Part shown: piece by piece, positions 30,835 through 40,835 of the stretch | How positions within the stretch are numbered: the stretch's first letter is position 1 | How the letters are laid out: each line of letters starts with the position of its first letter | Origin: an uncultured Candidatus Saccharibacteria bacterium | GTDB taxonomy: Bacteria > Patescibacteriota > Doudnabacteria > UBA920 > O2-02-FULL-48-8 | DNA length: 64,000 nucleotides | NCBI GenBank assembly: GCA_964605735.1 | Contig: CAZSDS010000001.1 | Span: 480,126 to 544,125, forward strand | Reading direction: 5' to 3' | The notes under the pieces: model-generated | What the model saw: the letters and a program-made list of their open reading frames with translations, nothing else | The model's database searches: none | Told to the model about the DNA's origin: nothing | Position numbers and translations under genes: made by a program

Positions 30835-31251
30835 TTAAGGTTTTTTAGGTGATATGTTAACCAACCACCTAATACCAAACTTGTCAGTCAACATGCCGAA
30901 CCTGTCACCCCATGGCGCTTGTTCCAGCGGCTGTTCTATATTCCCGCCTTGCGCCAGCTTGTCCCAATAACCCTGCAACTCCTGCTCATTGTCTCCACTG
31001 AGCGAAAGAGACACGTTATTCCCCGGCTTGTACTCCCACCCACTAGGAATGTCTGAGGCCATCAAGGTAATGCCATTATCAGCAGCAAAATGCGCATGCA
31101 TGACTTGGTCTTTTTCATCAGGAGAAACTGACATGCCACTTTCTCCGAAAGTACTAATATTCAATTTGCCGCCAAAGATCTTGTTATAAAATTCCATTGC
31201 TTCTCTGGCATTGCCCTCGAAATTCAAATATGGGTTGAGTTTACTCGTCAT
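30835..31251 (-). CDS. VOC/PhnB family protein
   Basis: LNPYLNFEGNAREAMEFY, DKFGIRW. Confidence 0.9.
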   Translation of the reverse strand: MTSKLNPYLNFEGNAREAMEFYNKIFGGKLNISTFGESGMSVSPDEKDQVMHAHFAADNGITLMASDIPSGWEYKPGNNVSLSLSGDNEQELQGYWDKLAQGGNIEQPLEQAPWGDRFGMLTDKFGIRWLVNISPKKP

Positions 31252-31277
31252 TATTTTTTTGTTAATTATTTAAAAAA

Positions 31278-31463
31278 TCATTCCTTGGGATGTCTTTCCA
31301 AAAAATCTTTAATCATGGCTTCCTGTTCCTCGACAAATTCATGGCCACTGTGTTTTTCCAGAAACTTTCTAAGAAACCCGACTTCAGCGCGAAGCGCCAT
31401 CAGGGTGCCCTGCTCTTCGCCAAACCGGTTGATTAATTCTTGGACGAATTCCGGATATGTCAT
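31278..31463 (-). CDS. small hypothetical protein
   Basis: 61-aa helical ORF fitting between same-strand neighbours. Confidence 0.55.
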   Translation of the reverse strand: MTYPEFVQELINRFGEEQGTLMALRAEVGFLRKFLEKHSGHEFVEEQEAMIKDFLERHPKE

Positions 31464-31521
31464 GGATGCATTCTACTACAAGGCTGGCGAATTTCAATTA
31501 TGCAAAATGGCAAAAACCTCA

Positions 31522-31833
31522 TTACGCCCTTCTATTAAGCACAGCTTGAACCGAAGGGCTGATTTTCTTATCCTTGCGGTGAATGCAGCCCAGCCAGCAA
31601 CAAGGCCTGCGCATGCCCTCCTTAAGTTCCCTAATCGTCCTTTTGACGTGGTCTTTCCTGGTCTCGTCTTTTTTGACAAAAGTCACCCAGCAAATCCATT
31701 CATTGCGCGCCAGTGGAGTAAGGTCCTCCCACAATGCCAAAGCCGCTTTGTCTGAAGTCAAAGCTTTTCGCAAGTCAGGTGGCATTTTATGCGCAGTCCC
31801 TCCGGAAATCTGTTTGGTGGTAAATTTAGCCAT
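31522..31833 (-). CDS. YdeI/OmpD-associated family protein
   Basis: PPDLRKAL, LTPLARNEWICWV, RRPCCW. Confidence 0.85.
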   Translation of the reverse strand: MAKFTTKQISGGTAHKMPPDLRKALTSDKAALALWEDLTPLARNEWICWVTFVKKDETRKDHVKRTIRELKEGMRRPCCWLGCIHRKDKKISPSVQAVLNRRA

Positions 31834-31867
31834 AACTCATTATAACAATACATCAGAAAAATGAAAC

Positions 31868-32899
31868 CTATTCCCTGCCGCTTAAAATCTGTTCGTAAAT
31901 CTTTTTATACCCCGCGGTCATCCTGGAGGCGCTGAATGTTTTTAGCGAATATTCCCGGCAATGAAACCGGTCAATGTCATCAATATGCTCCAAAGCATCC
32001 AGCATGCCTTCAAGGTCCTGGACAATAAACCCGGTTTTGCCATTTTCGATAATTTCCGGAATGGAGCCTTTATCAAACGCAATCACCGGACAGCCGCACG
32101 CCATGGCTTCTATCAAAGTCAGTCCAAATGGTTCACGCCAGGTCACTGGATGCAAAAAAGCCATGGCCTTGCTCATCAAGTCATTGCGCGTTTTTTCATC
32201 CACTTCACCCACCCATGTAATATGTTCGGACAAACGCGGTTCAATATACTCATGGAAATACGGCTTGTCCACTGGCTCCAGCTTTGCCGCAATTATCAGC
32301 GGAAGATTAAATTGCTGTGCAACATCAATGGCGTAGTGCACCCCCTTCTCCGCAGATATCCTTCCCACGAACAAAAGATATCCTTCATGTTCTTCGGAGA
32401 AAGGATAATGGTCCATGGACAAACCGTTATAAACCATTCCCGCATAATTCAGGCCAGGAGCCGGATAGCTTTGGGCATTGGAAATGGTTACTAAATGCGG
32501 ATTGCGGAACATGCTGAAAATTTTCCTGACTTCAGGAGTAAACGGCCCATGCATGGTCATGACCACCGGAGTTTGCGATAAATTCGCCGCCACTACGCTC
32601 AGGTAACCATTATGGTCGTGGATGATGTCAAAGTCCTTTTGAAGCTGGTAAGCCAGACCAATATTCATATACGTGTATATGTTCGTTCCATAAATGTCCC
32701 GGAGTTTTGCTTCCCGCAAAGCTCGCGGATAAACAGACTCCAGCTTAGCTGAAGTAATTGAGTCCCCGCTGGCGAACAGCGTCACCTCGTCTCCCTGCTT
32801 AACCAACTCTTCCGTAAGAGTGTAAACCACACGCTCGGTTCCGCCGTACTTTTTAGGGGGCACTCTTTCTATAATTGGAGCGATTTGTGCTATTTTCAT
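31868..32899 (-). CDS. glycosyltransferase family 4
   Basis: VPPKKYGGTERVV, EPFGLTLIEAMACG. Confidence 0.92.
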   Translation of the reverse strand: MKIAQIAPIIERVPPKKYGGTERVVYTLTEELVKQGDEVTLFASGDSITSAKLESVYPRALREAKLRDIYGTNIYTYMNIGLAYQLQKDFDIIHDHNGYLSVVAANLSQTPVVMTMHGPFTPEVRKIFSMFRNPHLVTISNAQSYPAPGLNYAGMVYNGLSMDHYPFSEEHEGYLLFVGRISAEKGVHYAIDVAQQFNLPLIIAAKLEPVDKPYFHEYIEPRLSEHITWVGEVDEKTRNDLMSKAMAFLHPVTWREPFGLTLIEAMACGCPVIAFDKGSIPEIIENGKTGFIVQDLEGMLDALEHIDDIDRFHCREYSLKTFSASRMTAGYKKIYEQILSGRE

Positions 32900-32994
32900 T
32901 CTTTGAAGGGCTGAATTAATGATCTGAGCACATAAAAAAACACCTCTAAATCTAGGTGTTTTTTGAAAAAAAGACAATTGGACGGACTGAAGCG

Positions 32995-33222
32995 TTACCT
33001 TACAGCAGGTCTGGTGGTTTCACCTGCTCTGCTGCTGGCAGCCAATAACACGTATAGTCCTGACAAGCCTACTAAAGTGTAAAGAGTTCGGGTGAAGCCA
33101 GACATATCTCCAAATATTGCGGCAACCAGATCGAAGTCAAAAAGCCCAACCAGTCCCCAATTAATGGCGCCAATGATAGTTAAAATAAGCGCCACCCAAG
33201 TCAACCCATTTAACCTGAACAT
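32995..33222 (-). CDS. DUF378 membrane protein
   Basis: IIGAINWGLVG...YTLVGLSG. Confidence 0.9.
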   Translation of the reverse strand: MFRLNGLTWVALILTIIGAINWGLVGLFDFDLVAAIFGDMSGFTRTLYTLVGLSGLYVLLAASSRAGETTRPAVR

Positions 33223-33360
33223 ATATACTCTATTTTTAATAATTAGAAACTTTATGATATAACGAGCTAATAAATAATATATTAGACGAAATACCAGTAG
33301 GATAAATAGCCAACTTTCCGTTGCTTGTGCTACAATAAGGTCAAATTAATTAAGTTATAT

Positions 33361-33594
33361 ATGCTTAAAACAGTTCATTCTGTGGCCTATTGGGTATTTG
33401 TCGCCTCTATAGTCATACTCACTCTGTTTGCCGTACTTTCCATCTGGGACGTATTTGGGAAGGAAGTATTTTGGAAATCAGTGGCAACCATTGGGGTAAT
33501 CACCTTTTCATCAGGAATTACCATGACAGTCACTCGTAACTTCGAGAAAGAGAGAGAAAAGGATAAAAATATTCCCAACCCTCCTCTTCAATAA
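33361..33594 (+). CDS. small two-TM hypothetical protein
   Basis: two hydrophobic helices; followed by a bidirectional terminator. Confidence 0.65.
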   Translation: MLKTVHSVAYWVFVASIVILTLFAVLSIWDVFGKEVFWKSVATIGVITFSSGITMTVTRNFEKEREKDKNIPNPPLQ

Positions 33595-33646
33595 GTAAAA
33601 ATAACTGCAACAGAAAAACACCCTTGATGGGTGTTTTTAGTTTTTC

Positions 33647-35014
33647 TCATACTACATCTTCTGCTTTAGACTCTTGCAGAACTTCAACCGCCGATTCTGT
33701 TTCTGTTTTCTCAGGTTCTTCAATTTCCTGTTCAGTATCTTCATTAATCGGTTCCGATTCCTTAAACTCTGACTCCCTAACCGCTTCTTCTAATTCTTCA
33801 ACTTCTTCTGTTTCTGCTTTTTCTTCTGGTTCTTCTTCAGCTTCGCCAAAAAGCGTATAAGTCGACGACCCTCCATTGCTTAATCCCGGAGTAGGATTGC
33901 TGGTGATTACCCAATTGCCGCTGCCATCAGGAACCTGTGCGTATGTTTGGCCTCGTTTTGTTTGGCCGCAAGTCTCATCTGCATCGCAAACGCCTGGGTC
34001 AGGATATTCATACGAATCCACCAGAATATCAGAATTAAACAAACGTATTACATCTTCCTTGTTATTAATCTGAAAACCTTTTGAATTACAACCCGGAGAA
34101 CCTTTGGCGTAAACTGCCAGGAAACCATTTGGCGGAATGACAGTACTGCCCGTATTGGTCAAACAACCCCTGATCTCGATATAATGACTTCCTTGATTAT
34201 CCTTGCTGTCTCTGATCTTCCAGCCCTCAACGTCTACCGAATCCGTTTCAGATGGATTATAAAGTTCAACCCATTCTGAACCAGGCATATGGCTCTCATT
34301 CTCCGGCCATGGCATAAACTCATTGATGATAATATCCCCGGAAGACGGATTAGGATGTGAACCGCTGGATATGAAATTACCCAATTCTTCAACGTGGCTA
34401 AATCCGCTCTGCTTGTTAGGCAAATTAATCTGCCAACCAACAAATTCCAAATCAAACCTGCACTCCTCATTTAATGCTTCTTCCCCCGCGGAAAGCGGCA
34501 ATGTCAGGCTGAAAACCCAGTTTTCTGGTTCGCTAAAAACAAAAGGTCCCACATCAAACTTATCCAAACGCCCCCTAAACACCATGTCGTCATCACGATA
34601 CGCCCTCAATTCCAGTACGTCACAAAGATCTGACGAAGAAAAATTATTAGCCTCAACTTTATATTTGAAATCCAAGTTCCCCGTATTTACCATCCGAACA
34701 TTTCTGGACGAACCATCCCCTGGCGTAATCCCTGAAGGTTCAAATCCGGTTTCAGAAATAATATCAAAGGACAAGCGTCCAGAATTTATTTCTGAACGCA
34801 TGGAAGTGGCAGAATCAGAAAAGTACGCGAGTGTGGACCTGACAAATGGGAAACAAGCGGTTACCAGAACGACAAACATTAAATTAAGGACAGCAATTTT
34901 TCTGTAAGGAATTGCTCTTTGTATTTTTTTAATTCCGGAAGATTTTTGTTTCAGGCCGAATGCTGAATCAAAACTCTTTGGTACGTTTAGGGGTTTGTTA
35001 ATCCTGTTATTCAT
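33647..35014 (-). CDS. SipW-dependent secreted protein with TasA-like N-terminus and lamin-tail domain
   Basis: TLAYFSD signal motif; IIINEFMP...EWVELYN...PTPG. Confidence 0.8.
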   Translation of the reverse strand: MNNRINKPLNVPKSFDSAFGLKQKSSGIKKIQRAIPYRKIAVLNLMFVVLVTACFPFVRSTLAYFSDSATSMRSEINSGRLSFDIISETGFEPSGITPGDGSSRNVRMVNTGNLDFKYKVEANNFSSSDLCDVLELRAYRDDDMVFRGRLDKFDVGPFVFSEPENWVFSLTLPLSAGEEALNEECRFDLEFVGWQINLPNKQSGFSHVEELGNFISSGSHPNPSSGDIIINEFMPWPENESHMPGSEWVELYNPSETDSVDVEGWKIRDSKDNQGSHYIEIRGCLTNTGSTVIPPNGFLAVYAKGSPGCNSKGFQINNKEDVIRLFNSDILVDSYEYPDPGVCDADETCGQTKRGQTYAQVPDGSGNWVITSNPTPGLSNGGSSTYTLFGEAEEEPEEKAETEEVEELEEAVRESEFKESEPINEDTEQEIEEPEKTETESAVEVLQESKAEDVV

Positions 35015-35525
35015 TGTTTTCTGCCTTTCGCCTATTCCGGATCTTCTTTATTTCATCCCAAATAACGGATAATTCCTCAATTATCAAAAGCACGGCCGGC
35101 AAAATTATCAGGATTGTGAATCCGACTGGCTGTTTTGCAAAGTCAATAATGTATCCTACATGCGGCACGGTGAGAAAAACTTTGCCGATAATCTCATTTT
35201 GCACGACTTCATTTTGATCATCCGAATCATTTGCATCACCTTTAGTGGTGAAGGTCTCATTCGTATTTTTCCGAATTATCCTGTGAGTGGTCGGGACTGA
35301 ATTGGCTTTGCCAAAAGTTATTATATCTCCAGCGGTGTATGAAGCCTGTTGTTTGACAAATACTAAACTCCCCGTCATGACGGCTGGTTCCATGGAACCG
35401 GACTCAACCACATACGCCTTAAAGTTTCCAAAGACAGGGAATGCGGTCAGCAATAACAAGAACCCGATTGCTGAAAGCAGCAAGGTTAGAAATATTGTTG
35501 CGGTTTTTGTTGCCAGTTTTTTCAA
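35007..35525 (-). CDS. sipW: signal peptidase I, SipW type
   Basis: SGSMEP, THRI, TKGDAN. Confidence 0.88.
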   Translation of the reverse strand: MKKLATKTATIFLTLLLSAIGFLLLLTAFPVFGNFKAYVVESGSMEPAVMTGSLVFVKQQASYTAGDIITFGKANSVPTTHRIIRKNTNETFTTKGDANDSDDQNEVVQNEIIGKVFLTVPHVGYIIDFAKQPVGFTILIILPAVLLIIEELSVIWDEIKKIRNRRKAENNE

Positions 35526-35589
35526 AGGGGTTGAAGTTAGTTAACCTTATTAGCCGCCTGAAAAAAATTTCCGGCGGCTTAAAGATGAG

Positions 35590-36375
35590 CTAAGGAACGA
35601 TCTGATAGTCTAAATTACCACGTAGCCAGTTATTGTGCCCATGGTTTGGTCCAACATAACCCGGAGTTGACGTTAGGAAACTATCAAGCGCTGCGTCATT
35701 GGTTTGGGTAGCGTCAACAGTTAAACTCAAGCTTAAACTCTGATTTTGATATAAGTTACCAGCTTCTTCTGCCATACCTAATCTGAAACTGAATTTGTAT
35801 GCATATCCTGGATTCAAAGCGCCTGATAGATTATTCCCCACACCAATATTCCAAATGTTCATTCTGGTATTCCAAGTATCCAAGCTGATTTTTCCAAAAT
35901 CATATGATGTAGCGCTAACAGGCCACCTTCCGCTTCCAATACCATCAGTAATAAACTGATCAACTACTGGTCCATCCGGAGCTGGGTCAGGATATCCAAA
36001 ATCCGGTTGTGCCCAGCTACCGCCATCAGGTGTTAAAAAAGCCATCTTAGCATCTTTGATGTAAATGGCTTTTTCCATACCTTCATCCCCCATAACATTA
36101 AAATGTCCAAACCAAGCCAGAGGCATTGCACCGTCATTCTTGACTATCACATCGACCCAATCTGTTGAGTCACCAGGAGCCAAAACCAAATTATCAGCTA
36201 AGGTCCATTCAAAAGACTCTGCTGAATCATTTTCATTCACATCCAAACTTAAAGTACCTGATGACAAAGTGCTTGTAGCACTTGTTGTAGTGTCAGTGAA
36301 AAACGCACCAGTGGCAGCAGTAACCGCAACCGCAATGATCACAATCATGCTGACACTCATTAATATTCTTTTCAT
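35590..36375 (-). CDS. TasA/CalY family protein
   Basis: MKRILMS...TGAFFTD...SSGTLSL; APGDS; AGNLYQ...VDATQ. Confidence 0.8.
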   Translation of the reverse strand: MKRILMSVSMIVIIAVAVTAATGAFFTDTTTSATSTLSSGTLSLDVNENDSAESFEWTLADNLVLAPGDSTDWVDVIVKNDGAMPLAWFGHFNVMGDEGMEKAIYIKDAKMAFLTPDGGSWAQPDFGYPDPAPDGPVVDQFITDGIGSGRWPVSATSYDFGKISLDTWNTRMNIWNIGVGNNLSGALNPGYAYKFSFRLGMAEEAGNLYQNQSLSLSLTVDATQTNDAALDSFLTSTPGYVGPNHGHNNWLRGNLDYQIVP

Positions 36376-36728
36376 TTTTAACCTTTCTTTTTGCGCAAAT
36401 GCGCGATTAGTTATTTGTTCCTGTTATAACCCCAAATGTCGAAAATACATTATGGGAGCATCACGCCCCCAACTGGAGCAAGGAAATTTTCCCGGCCCCA
36501 TACCGGGGGCCTAACAGAAGATTTATGGCTATCCGCTTAGAGCGTTCGACCAATAGCCTCTCGCATATAGCTTTATGCTTAGCAATAAGCGTAAGCCTAA
36601 GCAATAACGCCGTCAATGCCTTTTTGTGAATAACAAGTGCATAACATGTGCACAAAAATAAAACCATAAGTTCGCTAAAACTCATGGTTTGTACGTAATC
36701 CTGCCCTGTTTTAACAAAGACCTTTAGG

Positions 36729-38342
36729 TTAAATAGTCTTAAGCCAATTTCCGTTCATGATGGAAAAATCAACAGTGTTAACTAAACCATCCTTGTTCAG
36801 ATCAGCAACCGGGTCTGAAGTCAGCCATTTGGAATTCATAATAGACCAATCAATGCTATTAACAATCCGGTCACTATTTAGATCACCCAACAAACCCGGA
36901 GGTGGAGGGGGCGGACCACTGGAATTTGCAAACTCATATGCTCCCACGTCATAGGCACTGCCCTGCGGCCTTGCCACGCCATCCTTGTCTGTCTGCACTG
37001 AACTGACAAATACCCCGGCATCTAAAGCCAGCGAACCACTGGCCAAATGATAATTGTAGGCAGGCATATTCACGAAATCAGATCCGGAAGCAAGCCTGCT
37101 TGATGAAGAATTTTTTGCGATAGCAGGCATAGAGGTTCCATACACCAACAAATTGCTGATGAACACAGGGTTGGTCTGGGCTGTCCCTGCCTGGTGGAAC
37201 GGAACGGTAATGCCGGAACCAAAAGTGTTGTTAAACAGGCGCAAATTGTTGATGTTGTCTTCGTACCTCACTGCAGTTGAGGCATTGTAAATCAGGTTGT
37301 TGTAAGCAATCACTTCTGCTCCCCCATTTGATCCGGGTCCCCGCAAACGCAAGGCAATCTCAGAATCATAGATTTCATTGCCTTCCACAATGGCAGAAAT
37401 ATTTTCTTTCAAATTCAGCGCGGCCATGTTGCTTATCAACCCGTTACGGTATCCGTTAAAAACATTGTTCCTAATGTGCAAAGTTCCTCGAGGCGCAGTC
37501 CCGCTGATTTTGGTATCAATGGCATTCTCACCCGGCACCATCCCGGCTGAATAGCCGTTCTGGGCGGACGGAAGCGGCCCCAGCCAAAAATGGGAATTCT
37601 CCACTACAACATTTCTCCAGCCATTGGCGTTTCGGCCCGGGTCAATTTGCAGGGCATCGCCGGAGAAACTGTGAATTTCAGTGTTCCTGATAATTAAGCC
37701 GTCAGTAAAACTGCCTCCAGCCGCTATTCCATGAGCATCCGCTCTGCCAACTGCAGGATCCCAATAAAGGCAATGGTGAATCAAACTGTTTTCGATCAAA
37801 ACATTGTCCGGCCCGCTCATGTCCATGCAGTCCCGGCCTGCCCGCCTCAACTCACTGTTTAAAAACTTGAAAAAGTTGCCACCGGAGGTAACCCTTGCCG
37901 CGTCAGCCGCGGAGTACTGCGCGTCAAACGTCAAACCATCCACCACTAAGTGCTCGTGGCTGATGGACAGCACCTGTCCGGATTTGGTAATGAGGACAGA
38001 ACCGCGGCCCTGTTCAGAACGGACTGTAATCGGGGCCTGGGCAGTGCCGGAGCGGACACTTGTTAAAGTTTCGTTGTACGTCCCGGGAAGAATAATTAGA
38101 GTGTCTCCCGGCTGGAGCGCACCAACACCTTTTGCCAGGGTCTTATATGGGGAGTTCTTTGTTCCGGAGTTCGCGTCATTCCCGGATGAAGAAACGTAGA
38201 AAGTTGTTGCTGCACGGGACACGTTAAAGTTAATGTTAGAACGCTGGGCAACAAGGAAAGCCAGGACAAGGCAAAACGCCAAGCCAAAAGTCCATAATAT
38301 AACCCAGAGCACATCTACTTTGTGTTTCTTGCTTTGTGACAT
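36729..38342 (-). CDS. DUF1565 / right-handed beta-helix protein with dockerin-like domain
   Basis: FYVSSSGNDANSGT..PYKT; DVGAYEF; GDLNSD repeats. Confidence 0.82.
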   Translation of the reverse strand: MSQSKKHKVDVLWVILWTFGLAFCLVLAFLVAQRSNINFNVSRAATTFYVSSSGNDANSGTKNSPYKTLAKGVGALQPGDTLIILPGTYNETLTSVRSGTAQAPITVRSEQGRGSVLITKSGQVLSISHEHLVVDGLTFDAQYSAADAARVTSGGNFFKFLNSELRRAGRDCMDMSGPDNVLIENSLIHHCLYWDPAVGRADAHGIAAGGSFTDGLIIRNTEIHSFSGDALQIDPGRNANGWRNVVVENSHFWLGPLPSAQNGYSAGMVPGENAIDTKISGTAPRGTLHIRNNVFNGYRNGLISNMAALNLKENISAIVEGNEIYDSEIALRLRGPGSNGGAEVIAYNNLIYNASTAVRYEDNINNLRLFNNTFGSGITVPFHQAGTAQTNPVFISNLLVYGTSMPAIAKNSSSSRLASGSDFVNMPAYNYHLASGSLALDAGVFVSSVQTDKDGVARPQGSAYDVGAYEFANSSGPPPPPPGLLGDLNSDRIVNSIDWSIMNSKWLTSDPVADLNKDGLVNTVDFSIMNGNWLKTI

Positions 38343-38458
38343 AAGCGGTTCAGGCGGATTATTGCCTCACCAATATTATGACAAAAGCATAACAAAAAAC
38401 ATCACCCATGACTATTTCAAGAAGCCGAGTGATGTTTTTGATAACAATCGTTTATATA

Positions 38459-38923
38459 TCAAGCTTGCGGTTCAGAAAGGACTTTAATTCGGGCCAGCGC
38501 CTGAGGGAGTTTATCGTTGAAGTATTCAACCAGCTCATCAGGCACATCCTGCGTTATAGAAAGAGTAACTTTGCCATTGTTTTCTTCCAGGTCATACCTT
38601 TCCGTGCCGCCAGTCCATTGGTCGTCTCTTTTTTCTATCCCCCCGTCATCTTTAACCACAATATCCGCGATTCGGGTAAATAAAATGTGCTGGTTTGGAA
38701 CCAGTTTTTCCACCCTACTGGTCACGCCATAGCGGACTCCGCCATCGCTGTTCCCTATGAAATTAATTTCGTTACCTTCTTCCAGCTTGCCTTCCATGTA
38801 GGTGCCTTCGTCTATAAAGCCTGACCAGTCACGAAAAGTCTGGTCAGACCAAAGCACTTCCCAAACTTTCTCTTTGGGTGCGTTGATTTCTATTGAATGT
38901 TTCATCTCATTCATTTTGCTCAT
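38459..38923 (-). CDS. SRPBCC/START domain protein
   Basis: SIEINAPKEKVWEVLW. Confidence 0.85.
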   Translation of the reverse strand: MSKMNEMKHSIEINAPKEKVWEVLWSDQTFRDWSGFIDEGTYMEGKLEEGNEINFIGNSDGGVRYGVTSRVEKLVPNQHILFTRIADIVVKDDGGIEKRDDQWTGGTERYDLEENNGKVTLSITQDVPDELVEYFNDKLPQALARIKVLSEPQA

Positions 38924-38932
38924 TGCAAATGT

Positions 38933-39643
38933 TTAGTATCCGGAAAATTCTTCAGTTTTGATGTAGTCGTCGTCTACTTTCAGCTCAGCCAGTATCCCCC
39001 GCATTGCTTTTACCATGCCGGCAGGTCCTGACAAATACCAGACAGCATTTGTATCAGCAACATATTTCTTTATCATTTCAGCCGTAATGTAACCCTGCTC
39101 CTTATCCCACGGCTGTTGGGATTTCTGCATTTCAGTCATTGTCGGAATGAACTTGAAATTGGAATTCTTTTGCTCCAAATCAGTAAGCTCCGGCAAAAAC
39201 GCTGCATCTTCCGGCCTTCTGTTCGAGTAGAACAGGAATAATTTATGCGGCAGATTTCTTTCCGTTGCATCTGTCAAAATCGACATGACCGGCGTTATTC
39301 CGATCCCGCCAATCAAAAAAATCGCTGGCTTGCTGACGTCATTGTGGAGGGTAAACGAACCCATGGCTTCCGTAATTTCCACTTCCGAACCGACCGGCAA
39401 ATTTTTAATCACTCTTTTAAATGCCGTGTCTCGCATTCTGGTTGCCACAGTTATCACATCTGCTTGCGGCGAATTGATAATGGAAAAAGTTCGGCTGCTG
39501 CCTTCATCATCCGTTTCAGATGGGTTGATTAAAGTCACGTCAATGTTCTGGCCTGCTTTGAATGAATACCCCACAGGCTTTTGAAACATGAAGGACATAG
39601 TTCCTTCGGCTACCTCTTTTTTATCGATAAGTGTTGTTGTCAT
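38933..39643 (-). CDS. ferredoxin-NADP reductase-like FAD oxidoreductase
   Basis: RTFSI, GGIGITP, YLSGPAGMV, EEFSGY. Confidence 0.88.
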   Translation of the reverse strand: MTTTLIDKKEVAEGTMSFMFQKPVGYSFKAGQNIDVTLINPSETDDEGSSRTFSIINSPQADVITVATRMRDTAFKRVIKNLPVGSEVEITEAMGSFTLHNDVSKPAIFLIGGIGITPVMSILTDATERNLPHKLFLFYSNRRPEDAAFLPELTDLEQKNSNFKFIPTMTEMQKSQQPWDKEQGYITAEMIKKYVADTNAVWYLSGPAGMVKAMRGILAELKVDDDYIKTEEFSGY

Positions 39644-39646
39644 CAG

Positions 39647-39958
39647 TTATTCTATTGCGTTAAGGATTGATTCTACTATTTTATTCTTGTGGTTTAGGCT
39701 GTAAAAAACGGTCTGGCCTTCTTTAACTTTGGTCAGCAGGTCGCCGTTGAGCAGCACTTTAAGGTGCTGGGAAGCAAGGGGCAGAGAGACTTCAACGATT
39801 CTGGCCGCATCACTGACGGAAAGCTTCTTGTATTTGGCGACAGCGCGAAACATTTTGCATCTGTTTGGTTCGCTTAATACTTTGAAGATTTCGGCCAGGT
39901 CTTCGTCCCTTGCCCCAAGATATTTCTTTACTTTTGCGATTTCTTGATTGGATAGCAT
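39647..39958 (-). CDS. ArsR/SmtB family regulator
   Basis: FKVLSEPNR, ASQHLKVL, EGQTVFYSL. Confidence 0.88.
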   Translation of the reverse strand: MLSNQEIAKVKKYLGARDEDLAEIFKVLSEPNRCKMFRAVAKYKKLSVSDAARIVEVSLPLASQHLKVLLNGDLLTKVKEGQTVFYSLNHKNKIVESILNAIE

Positions 39959-40030
39959 AATTATTACACTTGGATTGAGTTAAATGCCGATATACCTAAG
40001 TGTATACTGAATTATGCACTAACTCAATGC

Positions 40031-40702
40031 TTAGAATTTTTCAGGGAATTGTTTAATTATCCCGGCAGAAAGGACGTCTGACATGCCCATGATGTGTTCG
40101 AAAACCGCATCAAACGCCTGGACATCCTTCACGTAATCCTTATTCAATCTGGCCACGGCTTCGTCTGTGGTCGTTTTCAGGTGCATGTCCATTGCTTCTG
40201 CCAGAGCCTGCTCAGGCCAGTGGTTGTTGGCCTGGCTTAAAAAGGAGGCGATGTCTTTGGCATTCTGGCTCCAGTCGTCATTGGCGGTTTGGAACTTGGA
40301 CTGGTCATTGGATTTGGCTGCTGCGATCAGATCCACGGCAATGGTGATGTGTTCTTTCAAAAGCTCAGTAAGCCTGTCCCCTGCCTGCTGGCCATAATAT
40401 GGGACAATAGCCGCCCCAATATCTTCCTGGTTCTTCATCAACCGTTTTGCCGCATTATCAACGTCAGCAGTGCCGTCGATCGCGCCGACTACGTATTCTC
40501 TTGTCCAGATAACGTGATCAGCCCAAAGCTTGCGCATGTTTTGGTGGAGGGCAAGCTTTTTGTCGGCTGTGGACGCGCTCATCATGTTATGAGTTTGTTC
40601 AGCGGCGGGATCATCGCCTGGCTTAATGGTATAACCTATCAAACCGCCCAGTACCAGGGAAATAACGAGCATGGAAACAAAAAACACCTTGTTGTTTTGC
40701 AT
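40031..40702 (-). CDS. membrane-anchored His-rich helical-bundle protein
   Basis: N-terminal TM; LWADHVIWTR, LKEHI, MHL, EHI. Confidence 0.7.
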   Translation of the reverse strand: MQNNKVFFVSMLVISLVLGGLIGYTIKPGDDPAAEQTHNMMSASTADKKLALHQNMRKLWADHVIWTREYVVGAIDGTADVDNAAKRLMKNQEDIGAAIVPYYGQQAGDRLTELLKEHITIAVDLIAAAKSNDQSKFQTANDDWSQNAKDIASFLSQANNHWPEQALAEAMDMHLKTTTDEAVARLNKDYVKDVQAFDAVFEHIMGMSDVLSAGIIKQFPEKF

Positions 40703-40715
40703 TTTTGTATATTTA

Positions 40716-40739
40716 ATAGTTAAACAATCGTTTAACTAT
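40716..40739. promoter_or_regulatory. palindromic operator (ArsR-like)
   Basis: ATAGTTAAAC-AATC-GTTTAACTAT just downstream of a minus-strand TTGACA promoter. Confidence 0.6.
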
Positions 40740-40773
40740 ACATTATAAACATCCTGCATTATTGTCAAGGGTT

Positions 40774-40835
40774 AAAAAACACCTGCTATTAACAGGTGTA
40801 ATTTGGCTCGGACTAACGGGCGACTTTCCTAATTT
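40774..40835. repeat. att-like junction 1 (hairpin + TGGCTC at 40804)
   Basis: ACACCTG/CAGGTGT hairpin, then TGGCTCGG identical to the tRNA-Asn 3' end, then degenerate WLGLTGDF. Confidence 0.6.
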
